Shown: positions 24,683-37,878 of the stretch, piece after piece | Position numbering within the stretch: position 1 is the first letter of the stretch | Layout of the letters: the number at the start of each line of letters is the position of its first letter | Assembly (NCBI GenBank): GCA_010093995.1 | Contig: ML992511.1 | Coordinates: forward strand, 425,316-489,315 | Origin: Elsinoe ampelina | Taxonomy: Eukaryota | Length of the DNA stretch: 64,000 bases | Reading direction: 5' to 3' | The notes under the pieces: model-generated | The model's input: the letters and a program-made list of their open reading frames with translations, nothing else | What the model was told of the DNA's origin: nothing | Databases searched by the model: none | Program-made: the position numbers and the translations under genes

Positions 24683-27600
24683 ATGCCGTCTGACATTCGA
24701 AGCTTCTTCGGCGGCAAACCACCTGCGGCTGCACAACCAGAACCAGAGAAGCCGAAGGTACATTTGGTTCCACAAGCTTCACACAGGGGGACGAGCTAAT
24801 TCCGGTCATAGAAAGCTGCGCCAAAGAAAGGTCGAGGCGCACGAAAGGTCATCGAGGAAAGCGACGAGGACGAACCAGCTCCTCCTCCAACCAAGGCTCC
24901 CAAGAAAGCTGCAAGTCCCTTGAAATCGAAAAGAGCTGTCACCCCAGAAGGCGAAGACACTACCTCCGCAGATTACTTTGGCAAGAGTAAACCCAAGCGT
25001 TCAGATCCTGGACGCATAGCTCCCCCGCCGAGATCCAACGGCACGAGTGGCGCGAGGACACCCGTGAAGGCAACAACCAAGACCAATGGCACAGCAGTCA
25101 AGTCAGAAGTGAAGACACCTTCAAAAGCGACGCCCGCAAGTGCTCGATCAACTCGAGGCAAATCTCAGGCTTCGTACGCCGACGATTTGAATGAGGACGA
25201 CTTTCCGGACGACCTCGAAGAAGAGGAACCCGTCAATATGGCGAAATCAACTCCCACAAGCAAGAAAGCCGCTGCAAGCAGCCGTAATGGTACCGCGAAA
25301 TCTACTCCTGCGTCGACTCGGTCGAAGCGTGCGAAGAAGGAGGATATCGACTATGGTGAGGACGAGGATGTCGACATGCATGATGTTGACGATGACTTTG
25401 TGGTACCGGACGAGGACGAGGAGATTGTGAAGAACAAATCTGCCAAGGCAAAGAGAGCCTCCGCCGGAACGAAGAGAAAGGCTGTCGACATGGACGATGA
25501 TGAAGAGGATGAGACACCTAAGAAGGGACGGAAGACTGCTTCAAAGGCTAAGAAGCAGAAGGACGAACCTGTCGAGGACAGTGAGGCGATCAAGTCTATC
25601 ATGTCGAGCATACCCACGGTCAGAGCTCCTACACCCCCGCCCGATAGTCTCGACGCGGATGGGAACAAGTTTAAGCCGTACTTGGCGGGTAGCAAGAACC
25701 TAGCGACTCCGGCCGGAGCTGGATCCAAGGAGATACCAACAGGAGCTGAGAACTGTCTTGCTGGTCTCACATTCGTGTTCACGGGAATTCAAGAAACACT
25801 GGGTCGTGAAGAAGGTCAAGCACTTGTCAAACAGTACGGTGGAAAGGTCACTGGTGCGCCATCGAAAAAGACCAGCTTCATTGTGCTCGGAAACGACGCT
25901 GGTCCCAGCAAGTTGAAGAAGATCAGAGAGTTCGGTCTGAAGACAATCACCGAAGATGGGCTCTTCGAATTGATCAAGAAGCTTCCAGCGAATGGTGGAG
26001 ACAGCAAGGCCGCTGCCGCATTTCAGGAGAAACAAGAGAAGGAGCAAGAGAAGATCGAGAAGGCAGCCAAGGAACTGGCTGCTGAAGAAGCAAAGATTGC
26101 TGCCGAGCAGAGGAAGCTTGCCGCTGCGAGGGCTAGTGCCCCTGGAGCGGCTGACTCGACTGCTAAGGGCAAGGAGCAGGCTCCCGACACTCGCCTCTGG
26201 ACTGTCAAATATGCACCGACTCAGCTATCACATGTTTGCGGCAACGGTACCCAGGTCAAAAGGCTTCAGGTCTGGTTGCGTGACTTTCCGCGTAATCTCA
26301 AGGTCGGTTTCAAGAACCCAGGCAAAGAAGGAATGGGTACAACACGAGCTGTCCTGATTTCCGGTCCCCCTGGTATCGGAAAGACTACTGCAGCTCATCT
26401 CGTCGCAAAGCTGGAAGGTTATGACATCGTCGAAAGCAATGCCAGCGATACTCGCAGCAAGAAGCTGGTCGAGACTGGGCTGAAAGGTATCCTCGACACA
26501 ACCTCTCTTCTGGGCTATTTTGCGGGCGATGGGAAAGACGTATCTTCTTCGAAACGCAAGCTATGCTTGATCATGGACGAAGTGGATGGAATGTCAGCAG
26601 GTGATCGTGGTGGTGTTGGTGCTCTGGCCGCAATCTGCAAGAAGACCAGCATTCCCATCATACTTATCTGCAATGAACGTCGACTGCCGAAGATGAAACC
26701 ATTCGACCACGTCACGTTTGATCTGAAGTTTCAAAGACCAACCACGGACATGATTCGCGGTCGCATCATGACCATCATGTTTCGCGAAGGCATGAAGATG
26801 CCTCCTCCAGTCGTCAACGCTCTCATTGAGGGCACTGGAGCAGACATTCGTCAAGTTGTCAACATGATATCCACTGCAAAGCTGGACGACTCGGCTATGG
26901 ACTACGACGACAGCAAGAAGATGTCGAAGGCATGGGAGAAGCATATCATTCTCAAGCCATGGGACATCATCGGCAAGATCCTGAACGGTAGTATGTTCAG
27001 CACTTCCAGCAAACACACTCTCAACGACAAGATCGAGCTATACTTCAACGATCATGAGTTCAGCTATCTCATGCTGCAGGAGAACTACCTCAGCCCCAAT
27101 CCACTCAAAGCCCAGGGTCAGCCAAATGACAGGCTGCAGAGGCTCAAGACCCTCCAACTTGCCAGTCAAGCCGCAGATAGTATCTCCGACGGCGATCTAA
27201 TCGATCGGATGATTCATGGATCCCAACAGCAATGGTCTTTGATGCCATCCCACGCTATCTTCTCCTTTGTTCGTCCAGCATCTTTCATGGCTGGAAACAT
27301 GGGATACAGTGGTGGCACGAGGTTCACAGCCTGGCTGGGTCAGAACAGTGCTCAGGGTAAGCTTATGCGATATGTGAAGGAGATCCAGGGACACATGCGT
27401 CTTCGCACGACCGGCGATCGTCATGAAATCAGGCAGCAGTATTTGCCTATACTATGGGCCGAGCTTGGAAAACGCCTGGAGACGGAGGGCAAGGATGCCA
27501 TCGAAGAGATGATCGCGCTGATGGACAGCTATTACCTCACCAGGGATGACTTTGATGCCATACTTGAGCTGGGGGTAGGTCCTCACGCACAGGATGGGTT

Positions 27601-28000
27601 GAAGATCGATAGCAAGGACAAGTCGGCCTTCACGCGAGAGTACGTCGATACCAATTGCTTTCTCAGCATCATTTGCTAACAGTTGTGCAGGTACAACAAG
27701 CGCGACCACCCTCTACCGTTCATCAAGGCTTCGAGCGTGCAGGCACCCAAGAAGCTCGGCAAGGACAAGCCTGATCTGGAGGAAGCGATTGAGGAATCCG
27801 ATGAGGAAGAGGTGGTCGACGTCAAAGAAGAGGACGACGAGGATCTCGATCTGAGCAAGGACAAGTACGTCAAACAGCCGAAGAAGAAACCGGCCGCCAA
27901 AGGAAAAGCATCCAAGAAGGCAGCGGCTGATGACGAGGACGATGAGAAGCCCAATAAGGCCAAAGGGAAAGCGGCTCCGAAGGGCAAAGGGAAGAAGTGA
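24683..28000 (+). CDS. RFC1: Replication factor C subunit 1
   Basis: MPSDIRSFFG start, BRCT domain (LAGLTFVFTG...GGKVT), AAA+ Walker A GPPGIGKT, DEVDGMSAGDRGG, RFC1 C-terminal domain; introns 24758-24811 and 27640-27690. Confidence 0.97.
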
Positions 28001-28273
28001 TGCTTTCCCCAACATAAGCAGGTTCACGGCATGTACGATTACAGGCAGGGCAACATGCAGCATATGATAACGATGCATGCATACAAGAGGCTCCGCTGAG
28101 CATGGTCAAGCACTCCAAATAAGTTGCTATGCATAGCGTGGGTATATAACAGTAGTAGATTTTAAGCAACCAGACTTGCCAATTTTCAATTCAGCTCGTC
28201 AAGGACTGGTACCTTGAACCACCAACGCCTTGTTTGAAATCATGATGTGAGGCTAGATCAAGTCGTCGCCGTC

Positions 28274-28782
28274 TCACGGCTGTCTCGGTCCAGCAGTGTC
28301 CAACTGCTCCAATGCTTGCATGGGGTCCAGCTCCCGCCCGTCGTTGTTGTCGCCATCTGCCTGCATCCGATCCTCCTCAGCAACAGCGTACTTTGCAAGA
28401 TACCCTTCCTGTGACTGGTCAGCATGATTCATCAAACATTTAATTTCGTGCAAAAACACACCTGCTCCCAGACAGCAGTTTTGCTCCCAAGACCTTCACC
28501 TTCAGCCTTCTTCTCCTTTGCCACATTCACTCTGATGGTTCGACCGAAAAGCTCGCTTTGATCCATGTTGTCGATGGCTTCCTTGGCATCCTCTGTGCTT
28601 TCAAATTCGACATATCCGAATCCTCGGTGTGGATCTGTGCTTGATGCCAGTTCTGGTGGCGGAATGGTCACATCCACAATTGGGCCAAAAGGGATGAATG
28701 CTTCGTGCAGTATCGGACCTGTGACTGGTGGCGCCAGACCTCCTACGAACAATGTCGCCTTCGCTCTGGCTTCGTTAGACAT
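28274..28782 (-). CDS. Single-RRM protein similar to the RRM of cyclophilin E/Cyp33 (no PPIase domain)
   Basis: LFVGGL (RNP2), HRGFGYVEF (RNP1), AIDNMDQSELFGRTIRV, GLGSKTAVWEQEGYLAKY; intron 28409-28461. Confidence 0.85.
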
Positions 28783-29125
28783 GACGGCAATATCTACTGC
28801 TTTGAGTTCAACATTCGACAAGGAACCTATGTAGAAAATGCTTGATGTGCCAAGCCATGAGGATAGAAACAGTGCGGTATGCCACATCTTCTCCAGCGCA
28901 GGGCTGCTGGAGCTTGACGTCGATCTGTCCACACCGGCCCAAGGCCAACGATTATTTTGCGACGCAACCCGATCCACGACCCATTTCATCTTTACGATCA
29001 ATTGCAGAGACTCACGACCATTGTGCAATCATCGGACCCGGCATTGCCTTCTATAGCCGTCATAGCGAGCAACCTTGATGACTTGAACGTAACAGCCTAC
29101 TTCCACCCCTCCTTCATCCCCCATC

Positions 29126-32100
29126 ATGGTCAGGCTCAGGGAGGTACCGCGGACCGCTGCCTTTGCCTGGTCACCTGGCTCAGCACCTCCTGCGCTGGTC
29201 ACCGGCACCAAGGCGGGGGCAGTAGATGCTGACTTCTCTAATGATACCACTCTGGAACTTTGGGATTTGGGACTTGACAGCCTCTCCTCGGGTACGGAGC
29301 TTCAGGCAGCTGGGAGCATAAACACAGATTCGAGGTGGGCAGAGGATATGGGTTCGGCTTGAGTCAAGTCTGACAGATACCACAGATTCCACGACATTGC
29401 CTGGAGTCAACCCACAACCGACCGAAAGTACGGCGTCATCGCTGGAGCTTTAGAAAGCGGAGCCCTCGAGTTGTGGGATGCAGACAAGCTCAGGACTTCG
29501 CCAGCCGACTCGCAGCTATCCTCGACGACCAAGCACAGTGGCGCCGCGAAGGCAGTACAATTCAACCACTTTCGCAATGAGCTGATCGCGACCGCTGGAG
29601 CAAAAGGGGAGCTGTACATTTGGGACTTGAACAACATTGCAAACCCATTCAGGCTGGGAGCGAATGCAGCGAGAGCTGATGACTATGAGTGCCTTGACTG
29701 GAACAAGGGCGAAAAGGTCCCACACATTCTGGCAACAGGTTCGAGCGGCGGTTTTGTGACGGTCTGGGATGTGCGTGGGAAGAAAGAGAACTTGACATTG
29801 AACAACATGGGACGGAAAGCTGTCAGCGCTGTCAGTTGGGACCCAAGTGCTGCGACACGACTCATCACTGCCGTACCTAATGATCAGGACCCTTTGATCT
29901 TGGTGTGGGATCTGAGAAACTCCAATGCGCCTGAGCGGACATTGAAGGGTCATGAGCTCGGCGTGCTATCTCTGGACTGGTGCAGACAGGATAGCAGCTT
30001 ACTTCTATCCTGCGGAAAGGACAACAGGACCATCTGCTGGAACCCACAAACCGGACAATCCTACGGAGAATACCCTGTAGTCACCAACTGGACTTTCCAG
30101 ACTCGGTGGAACCCGCACAATCCTGGTCTCTTTGCGACTGCCTCGTTCGATGGCAAGATCACGGTGCAGAGTATTCAGAATACCAATCCGTCCGCCACGG
30201 ACGCACAAGCTACTGCAGGCCAGACTGCCGATGCGGAAGACTTCTTCGCTCGCACAGACGCCCGACCGCAAGGCCCATCATTCTCACTACCAGTTGCACC
30301 GAAGTGGGAGAAGCGGCCAATCGGAGCATCATTCGCTTTTGGAGGCAAGCTTGTCAGGTTCAAGATCGACGCAGCATCTAGCAAGAGCACAGTAACAATC
30401 GACACATTCGCAGCCGACAGTGCTATTCCCGAAGCTGCGAAGAAGTTTGAAGAGGCGTTGCAGACGGGTGATGTGGCCAGCTTCTGCGAGAAGAAGATCG
30501 AGGAATCGTCGAATGAGGAGGAAAAGGCAGACTGGCATGTCATCAAAACACTACACGCCGGAAGCTCAAGGAAGGAGCTTTCAGCATACCTTGGATTATC
30601 AAAGGATCCTGCGGCTGAGCCGACTACCAACGGCGAGACGAAGGCTGAAACGAATGGCACGAAAGACGATGACGACTTCTTCGGTGGCGGTGGTGCTGAC
30701 GACTCGGATAACTTCCTGGCCAATCTCGCGGCCACAAAAGGCGCAAAGACGAACCAGCCTTTCTCACTCCATACCACAGCAGAGTCGAGCGCGGACAAGG
30801 ATATTACCTCAGCACTTATTCTCGGTGACTTTGATAAAGCTTTGGACATCTGTCTGGCGGATAAGCGATTGTCGGACTCATTCATGATCGCGATTTGCGG
30901 GGGACAAAAATGCATCGACAAGGTACAGCGAGCTTACCTCAAGGAGAAAGCGGAAGGCCCAAGTTATCTCCGTCTCCTGGCTTCGATTGTTGGGAAGAAT
31001 CTGTGGGATGTGGTACACAATGCCGATCTCGCTGACTGGAAAGAGGTCATGGCAACTCTATGCACATTCGCGGACGACGGTGAATTCTCAGACCTCTGTG
31101 AAGCTCTTGGTGATCGATTGGAGGAAGCTATTAGCGAAGGCAATGAGAAGACCACATATAGGCGCGATGCATCATTCTGCTATCTGGCTGGCTCGAAGCT
31201 GGAGAAGGTAGTCAAGATCTGGACACAGGAATTGCAGGAACGGGAGAACGAAGGTCTAAAGACTGGCGATGGAGAGTCAGGCTTCTCCGTACATGCGCGA
31301 ACTCTTCAAGACTTTATCGAGAAGGTCACAGTCTTCCGACAAGTCACAAACTTCAAGGATCCAGACCTTGCAGCTTCGGAAGACTGGAAACTCACCCCTT
31401 TGTACGCAAAGTACAACGAGTACGCAGATATTCTTGCATCTCACGGCCAACTAGATGTGGCACAACGATATCTTGATCTTTTGCCATCGAAATATCCTCT
31501 TGCCGAAGTTGCACAGCGAAGAGTGCGACGAGCGACGGCAAAGTCAGGTGCACAACCTGCAGCGCGGCAATCAGCTGCCACTGCTGCTCGTCCTGGGCAA
31601 AGACCCCCTGTCCCTGGTTATCCTACCGCGCCAACTCCGGCGCCGCTGGGTGGAGGTGTCGCACCGTCGCCATATGCTCCTGCTGGAGGAGCCGCACCTG
31701 TTCAGCCGACTGGACCATATGCCCCAGCAGGGGGATTCGCGCCGAGCCAAGGATATCAACCTCCACAGGCAGGGTACCAACCACCTCAGACGGGTTACCA
31801 GCCGCCTGGTCAAGCAGCGTACCAACAGCCAAGTCAACCAGGCCCGTATGGTGGGGGCGCTCCTTACGGTGGATACCAACCTCCCCAAACTGGTGTTATG
31901 CCACCGCCTCCTCGATCTACAGCCTCTCCGGGCGGTCCACCTGGCCCACCAAAACCAAAGGCTACGGGTGATTGGAACGATACGCCTGACAATTTCTTCA
32001 AGCCACCACAGGTGTCGTCGCGGAGGAATACGCCAGGTCCGGTTGCAGTAGCATCGCCTTTCCCCAACTCGCCCAACGTGCAAAGTCCGCCTCCTGGACC

Positions 32101-33148
32101 ACCTTCAGCGGGTCTGTCCCGACCGACCGCTGCTCCGCTTCCTCCCCCGCCTAAGGCTGGGCAAGCGCCGCCACGAATTACATCTCCACCACAGGCTGGC
32201 GGTCTCCCGATACGCCCTCCATCAGCTGCGGCAAACACATATGGGCCTCCACCACCTTCGTCGACCGCGTATGCACCAGCTGCAGCGACGCCAGGTTCTA
32301 CGCTGCCGGCTGCTGCACCTCCACCATTTGCTCGAGGTGCGTCGCCCTACAATGCACCTCCAGCGGGGGCGCCTCCCTCGAACCGATATGCTCCAGCTCC
32401 TGGTGCAGTACCGTCAGGACCCACGCCAGCGGCACCTCAGCCGCCACGGAACGCCGCTCCGCCACCAAATCCATATGCTCGCGCGCCTTCCAGCTATGCA
32501 GCCCGACCACAGTCAGCCGCCGCTCAACCTCTAGCGCCACCGCCACAAGCTGGGCCGCCACCGAGTACTGGACCACCGCCATCTTCAGTCGGACCTCCAC
32601 CAGGGGGACCACCACAAGGACCGCCGCGAGGTCCACCTCGACAAGATACGCCAAGCGCGCCGCCACCAGCTGCCAAACCTGCTGCACCTCCCGCGGCGAA
32701 GCATCGTAAGTTCTCGTCTGGCTCACTTCCACAGCCACTGACCCTCGTAGCACCTGGCGACAGATCACACATTCCCTCCTCAGCACAGCCCATCTTCGAC
32801 ATCTTAAGCGCTGATATGGCTCGTGTCAAGTCAAAAGCACCTGCCACTTACGCACCACAAGTCAACGACACTGAGCGACGACTCAGTATCCTGTTTGATC
32901 ACCTCAACAACCAAGATCTACTGAAGGAGGATACGATTCAACAGATGGTCGCTATCAGCCACGCGGTGCAAGCGAGGGACTACGCCAAGGCGCAGGAAGT
33001 GTTTACTTCGTTGATGAAGGAGAAGCTGGAGACGGAAGGGGGGAATTGGATGGTGAGTGACAGATTGCCACAACTTGGCACAAAAGCTAATGAGTTGCAG
33101 GTTGGTGTCAAGCGCTTGATTGCGATGAGTCGTGCGACTCCTGTCTAA
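29126..33148 (+). CDS. SEC31: COPII coat protein Sec31
   Basis: [17 protein letters not shown] start, WD40 propeller, ACE1 solenoid, Pro-rich region, C-terminal helical domain; introns 29335-29385, 32706-32750 and 33053-33100. Confidence 0.97.
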
Positions 33149-34355
33149 TTCCTGAGCTGGCCGCGATCTAGGGTCCCAGGAGCGCAAAGGGCAATGGCTC
33201 GACGATGGGACACGGGGGGTCCGAGTAGATGGTATACAGGGATGTTGAATAGAGAAGACAGTGATCCATCACGTTGCACTCGGGTATCTTGGCCAAAGGA
33301 TGTGATGGTTCTCTTCAAGCGATACGCAAGCCGCCACCAGCGAAAGGCACCATCACATCCGTGTCACTTTGATGTCGCTCGCGTATCATGCGAGCATGCT
33401 CCCCAATGGTATGCGCACCGGGTGACTACGGACGTGATAAAGGCAGAGTGACAACGGCTGTACCTGCATGGCACTGGGATCCTGACATTGCACATGCTCT
33501 GGGCTCTGGTGTACCCATGCTCGACACACCTTGGCTGCACGTCACGTTTCACACGCCAGCACTGCCCAAGGCGCGGTGCACGGGGCCGACGAGTGGCACG
33601 ACAGGCGCGTTCGCCGCGTTGGTCATTCAGCTGCAGTTGCAGGTGGGATACACAACATTGCAAATCAAGTGACAAATCGCGTGTTCACGGGAATCTGGTA
33701 TGCAACCAGCGGGCGTTCAACCACTTCTTGAAAAGGTGGTCAGTCGGGATACGAAATCGAAGCGAGACAGCCGACGGTGCACGACATGTGCTTCTCGATC
33801 ACCCGTGTATCCTCGCAGCTCGAGCGATGCATAGCGATATCAATCACCATCTCATCCCTGTGCGGCTGGAGTGATGGAGTGCGTGGACAAGCGTTGCGTG
33901 GCTTCATCTCCCTAGGGGAAGGCAAGCCTGCGGGATGCGATGCGCCAGAAATAGCTCGTCCCCGGCGGAACGGGTCCGGACTCCGATGGAGGCAGCTGAT
34001 CCTCCGATCCGTCCCGCTTGTGGGTCGGGGGGACGCTGGTTCTGGGATGGGGGACGCCGGGCTGGGGTCTCGCTCGGGCGGGACTCACGGGGGGGGGGGT
34101 ATCTGGGCAAAGCGCTGGGAAGACATGCTTGTTTGAAAGACTGGTGGTGGAAGTGTGTCACTTTTACGACGATGTGTCGAGGTTTGCAGACGCGAGAAAC
34201 TTGCCCTCTTTGTGGAAGTTTGGGTGCGGAAAAAAGTCAATGAGTGGCAGATCAGTAATCTGGGGTTAGATGCAATGGTACAGCCCTATGAAGGGTGATT
34301 AAGGTACTGGTAATCTAGTGTATACTCTATCGGATTTAAAATTGCTGTCGTGGTC

Positions 34356-35588
34356 TCAGCCCGCAGGCTGGATCGAGTCCTTCTCTTTTCCAGACAACCG
34401 GTCGGCGTAGAGTTTCCTCATTGCTTCGATCTTGCCGGGCTTGTGCTTCTTCTCGATCTCTCTGACATGCTCGTCGATGACTTGCTGCGTGAGATGTTGA
34501 TTCTTGATCGATTCTCGGTACTCTTTAATCTCTTTGCGGGTGCCGTCGTCGGCTTTGCCACCGGCTTCTTGTACGACGTGAAAGCGGCGCCAGTAGATGA
34601 CTTGATTTTCTTCTTCCTTTGGCGCTTCGTGCTCCCAGAAGTGCTCGACTTCCTTGGTCAAATTAAGCTTCTCGATGGGGATGATGTACTTTGAGGGCTC
34701 ATCCCGCTTGCGCTTCAGCCACTGCCGAAGGAGATCTGTACGAGAAGTTGCTGAGCCTGGCAGGTGGACAAGCATATCGCCCGGCTCAAAGTATCCGAGT
34801 CTCCAATTGAACTCGGGCGGAATGTCATCGTTGTTGCCGTAATTCTGGTAGGCATTGAACCAACGTTGAGGTACATGCATGGTCCTATTCTTCCAGTCCT
34901 CGGTCCGGCTCAGGAGCTCTTGGGTCGATTGTCCTTCATAGCGCAACCCGACATCGGGGTGGTATTTTAGGAAGGCCAGTGACGCGGCCATGAACTGAAG
35001 GGCCCACTCGTTCACACGTAAGAAGAAGACGCCATCATTCAAGCCATTTAGATCGTTGGAGACGATGAAGTTGACATGCGACCATTTCTCCGAAGTTGGC
35101 ACAAAAGTCTCCAAGGGGATCAGGTCGTTGATGAGGACGACGTCGGCATCGTGCCAGAACAGCCAATCCAGACGCTCTGATGGGGATTTCTGAAGCTCAT
35201 CTGCTAAGATGTAGAAGATGTAGGCTTCCCTTGACCAGGTCCCAGGCAGAAGCTTGTTTCGCAATACAGGGTGCTTGTAGTGGAACAGGTCGTCGTGTTC
35301 TCGGTGGCTAAGCAAAGCATCCTCGTAGGCTTGTGAGAGCGGCGTCACCTTGTCGTAGAAGATGCTCGAGATCTTGCCAATCCTGGAGTAGATGACTTGA
35401 TCGCGATGAGCGGACGAATCTGCATCTCCTGGTGTTTTGAATGGTTGTAGAGGAGCATTCGTCGACACTGAATGGCTTACCGACGAACGGAAGACCAACC
35501 AAAGGAGGAAAATGGGCACGAGGAGCAAACACAGGGTCCGCGTGGGCCTCTTTGACGAAAAATGCCTCGTTTCCGACACGCCCAACAT
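34356..35588 (-). CDS. Glycosyltransferase family 34 (MNN10/GMA12-like) type II membrane protein
   Basis: N-terminal TM helix; WSREAYI, WLFWHDADVVLIN (DxD), D.NGLNDGVFFLRVNEW, VPQRWFNAY, GDMLVHLPG. Likely ATG at 35588. Confidence 0.9.
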   Translation of the reverse strand: MLGVSETRHFSSKRPTRTLCLLLVPIFLLWLVFRSSVSHSVSTNAPLQPFKTPGDADSSAHRDQVIYSRIGKISSIFYDKVTPLSQAYEDALLSHREHDDLFHYKHPVLRNKLLPGTWSREAYIFYILADELQKSPSERLDWLFWHDADVVLINDLIPLETFVPTSEKWSHVNFIVSNDLNGLNDGVFFLRVNEWALQFMAASLAFLKYHPDVGLRYEGQSTQELLSRTEDWKNRTMHVPQRWFNAYQNYGNNDDIPPEFNWRLGYFEPGDMLVHLPGSATSRTDLLRQWLKRKRDEPSKYIIPIEKLNLTKEVEHFWEHEAPKEEENQVIYWRRFHVVQEAGGKADDGTRKEIKEYRESIKNQHLTQQVIDEHVREIEKKHKPGKIEAMRKLYADRLSGKEKDSIQPAG

Positions 35589-36491
35589 GACCGGATTCCC
35601 CAAGGATGCAAACACGAAACAAGTAGGGTAAAGAAAAAGGTACCAAAGAGAACAGAGACTGGCAGAAGTCAATCCCCAGCCACGGGTTGTGTCATTGTTG
35701 ATCAGATAACCGTGGCCCGGAGACGATAAACGAGAACGATTGACGTGCAGTGAACGTGAAGTCACAACGAGACAGCAGAGGCGAGAAAGCAATAAAAATA
35801 GCGCCAGCGTTTGTCGACCGTTTTGGGGCCCGATTACGAACATATTGGGGGGCAAAAGGCAAAAGCTGGACAAAAGCTTGTTGATGATGGCGCCATTGAG
35901 ACAGTCAATCTGTTAAAGAAAGACGCCACTCCCTTGTGTTCCTCCTAGATTCCCATGGGACTGGGTTGACTTGCATGTGCATGTTCCAGAATCATCAGCT
36001 GCCTCATCCATTTCTTCCATCACTCCTTTGAAACGCAGCTCCTGTTCCCTTTGCGCAACAAGTGCCGTACAAATCCAACACGTCCCTGCGCCGGATCCTT
36101 CCACGCCATCCTCTTCTTCCTCCGGTATCCCAGTCGCAGCACCGCCTCTACCCTCTCTGTGCGCCGTGCCACTCTTCTCACCTCCTCACCCACAGGAATC
36201 ACGCACAGCTCGGACTGACATTGACTACCTGATCGCTCTTTTTCTGATACGATCGGATCCTCGAGAATCTTTCATGTTGGCGGCGAGCATGGCAGCTCGT
36301 TAATAATGCGGCATCCCCCCTCTTGGTGCCACCTTTGCTTCCCGCTTCAAACACCACAAACACCAAATCTATCGCCATTTGGACACGCTGTCACTCGCTG
36401 AACACCATCGCTGATCGACTCGTTCAACCCTGTTTCCATCAGATCGAAGACGCTAGGATCCATTGAAACGCCTTCCTCCGCATCTCCCGAC

Positions 36492-37502
36492 ATGTTGGCT
36501 CGCATGTCTACCTCTGCACTTTCCCATGACATGCACATGGGATCATCCAATATTCGAGGAGCTATAATGGCTCCCCTCTGCTCAAATACTTTCCCTCCTG
36601 CTTTGCACCACGTTGCAGGTCCACCAAAAAGGACCCGACCGACACTATCGCTGGACACTGTATCAGCCTCGGGATACAACGCCAACTCAAGTTCCAGCTC
36701 GAGTAGTTTCAACCTTGAGAGCTTATCTGTCGTAACTCCGACAACTCGGAATACCATTAGCAACACTTTCCTACCACGGACGCCCTTGACACTCCAGGCT
36801 TGCGCACCACGATCGCCTCTACCTTGTCCGGACATCAAGATCATTTCTCCTCCAACCGAGTCGACTTTGTCTCTGGAGATCAAGATCCCATCACCCCAGA
36901 ATTACACTCACAACTCTCTGCCACCGTCACCGAGATCCCCTCGATCACCATCATCATCACCTCGTCGAGCGCTACCACTCGACACTTCGTTCGCATCAAC
37001 CAAGCTCAAGTCGAGAGTCACAAAGCCCAAGCCAATCATGACTACAACAACCTCAAGCTCAGCTCCACGGTCGCCACGCATCCGCGACCGCCGGAAGCGA
37101 GTGTCGTTCCGCTCCAATCTCACCGAAGAAATTCAGACCAACACCTACGTCTCGGCACACAGCGATCTCCTCAACTCTCCGTCCGTTGATCGGACGGCCA
37201 TGATGCTGCCGAGTCCCACCTTTGTCGGCGCGAGAATGAAGCCATCGCCTCTGCCATTCTCGTCTCGGACCGAGAGCAGGACAGAGAATAGGTGGCGTGC
37301 GGCAATCGAAGCGCTGGCCGGGGAGACCGAAGCACTCGTCAAGCAGGCTGAGCGAGAGGGTCAGGAAATGGCCAAGCGCTTGAGTATTCCCTCCAAGAGG
37401 AGCAGCATTGATGAGAATGCTGCAGAGGAGGAAGATGTTTGTCCCGCTACTCCCGTGGTGCGGAGCAGCAAGCGTACGAGGTATCCCGCCGACGACGAAT
37501 AG
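36492..37502 (+). CDS. Hypothetical Ser/Pro/Thr-rich, probably disordered protein with KRVSF motif
   Basis: 336-aa open frame with RP.LSLDT, TPTTRNT and KRVSF...EEI.T..Y...HSDL segments; no globular domain recognised. Confidence 0.6.
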   Translation: MLARMSTSALSHDMHMGSSNIRGAIMAPLCSNTFPPALHHVAGPPKRTRPTLSLDTVSASGYNANSSSSSSSFNLESLSVVTPTTRNTISNTFLPRTPLTLQACAPRSPLPCPDIKIISPPTESTLSLEIKIPSPQNYTHNSLPPSPRSPRSPSSSPRRALPLDTSFASTKLKSRVTKPKPIMTTTTSSSAPRSPRIRDRRKRVSFRSNLTEEIQTNTYVSAHSDLLNSPSVDRTAMMLPSPTFVGARMKPSPLPFSSRTESRTENRWRAAIEALAGETEALVKQAEREGQEMAKRLSIPSKRSSIDENAAEEEDVCPATPVVRSSKRTRYPADDE

Positions 37503-37878
37503 ACAACTACGAGGGAAATAATGTCTTATGATGATCATGATTGGAAACAGGAAATCGGCATCAGCATCTATTGGAGTATATATCGTTGGAAGGGCATAAT
37601 GTGGGTACACATCATGAACCAGGAATAGTTACGTCTGGCAAAGGACAGGTAGAACCGAAATTAGAATTATCACAAGCTGAGTCGCTCTCATTCATCGTGT
37701 CATTTCCTACTCGGGCGGGCAGTTAGGCAAGAGTGACTCCTGCCTTCACATGTCACAGCCAGCAATCACAAAATTTCTGCAACGAAAACAGCGTGGCCAT
37801 ATCATCACAAGCGTACAATGCACATTCACATCAAGGCCACTTCATCAGCCATTCACACAGCGTGAATCGCCACCAAGC

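Noticed and set aside
33194..34350. Several short ORFs between SEC31 and GT34
   Set aside because: Mutually overlapping, with no motifs or convincing splice structure.
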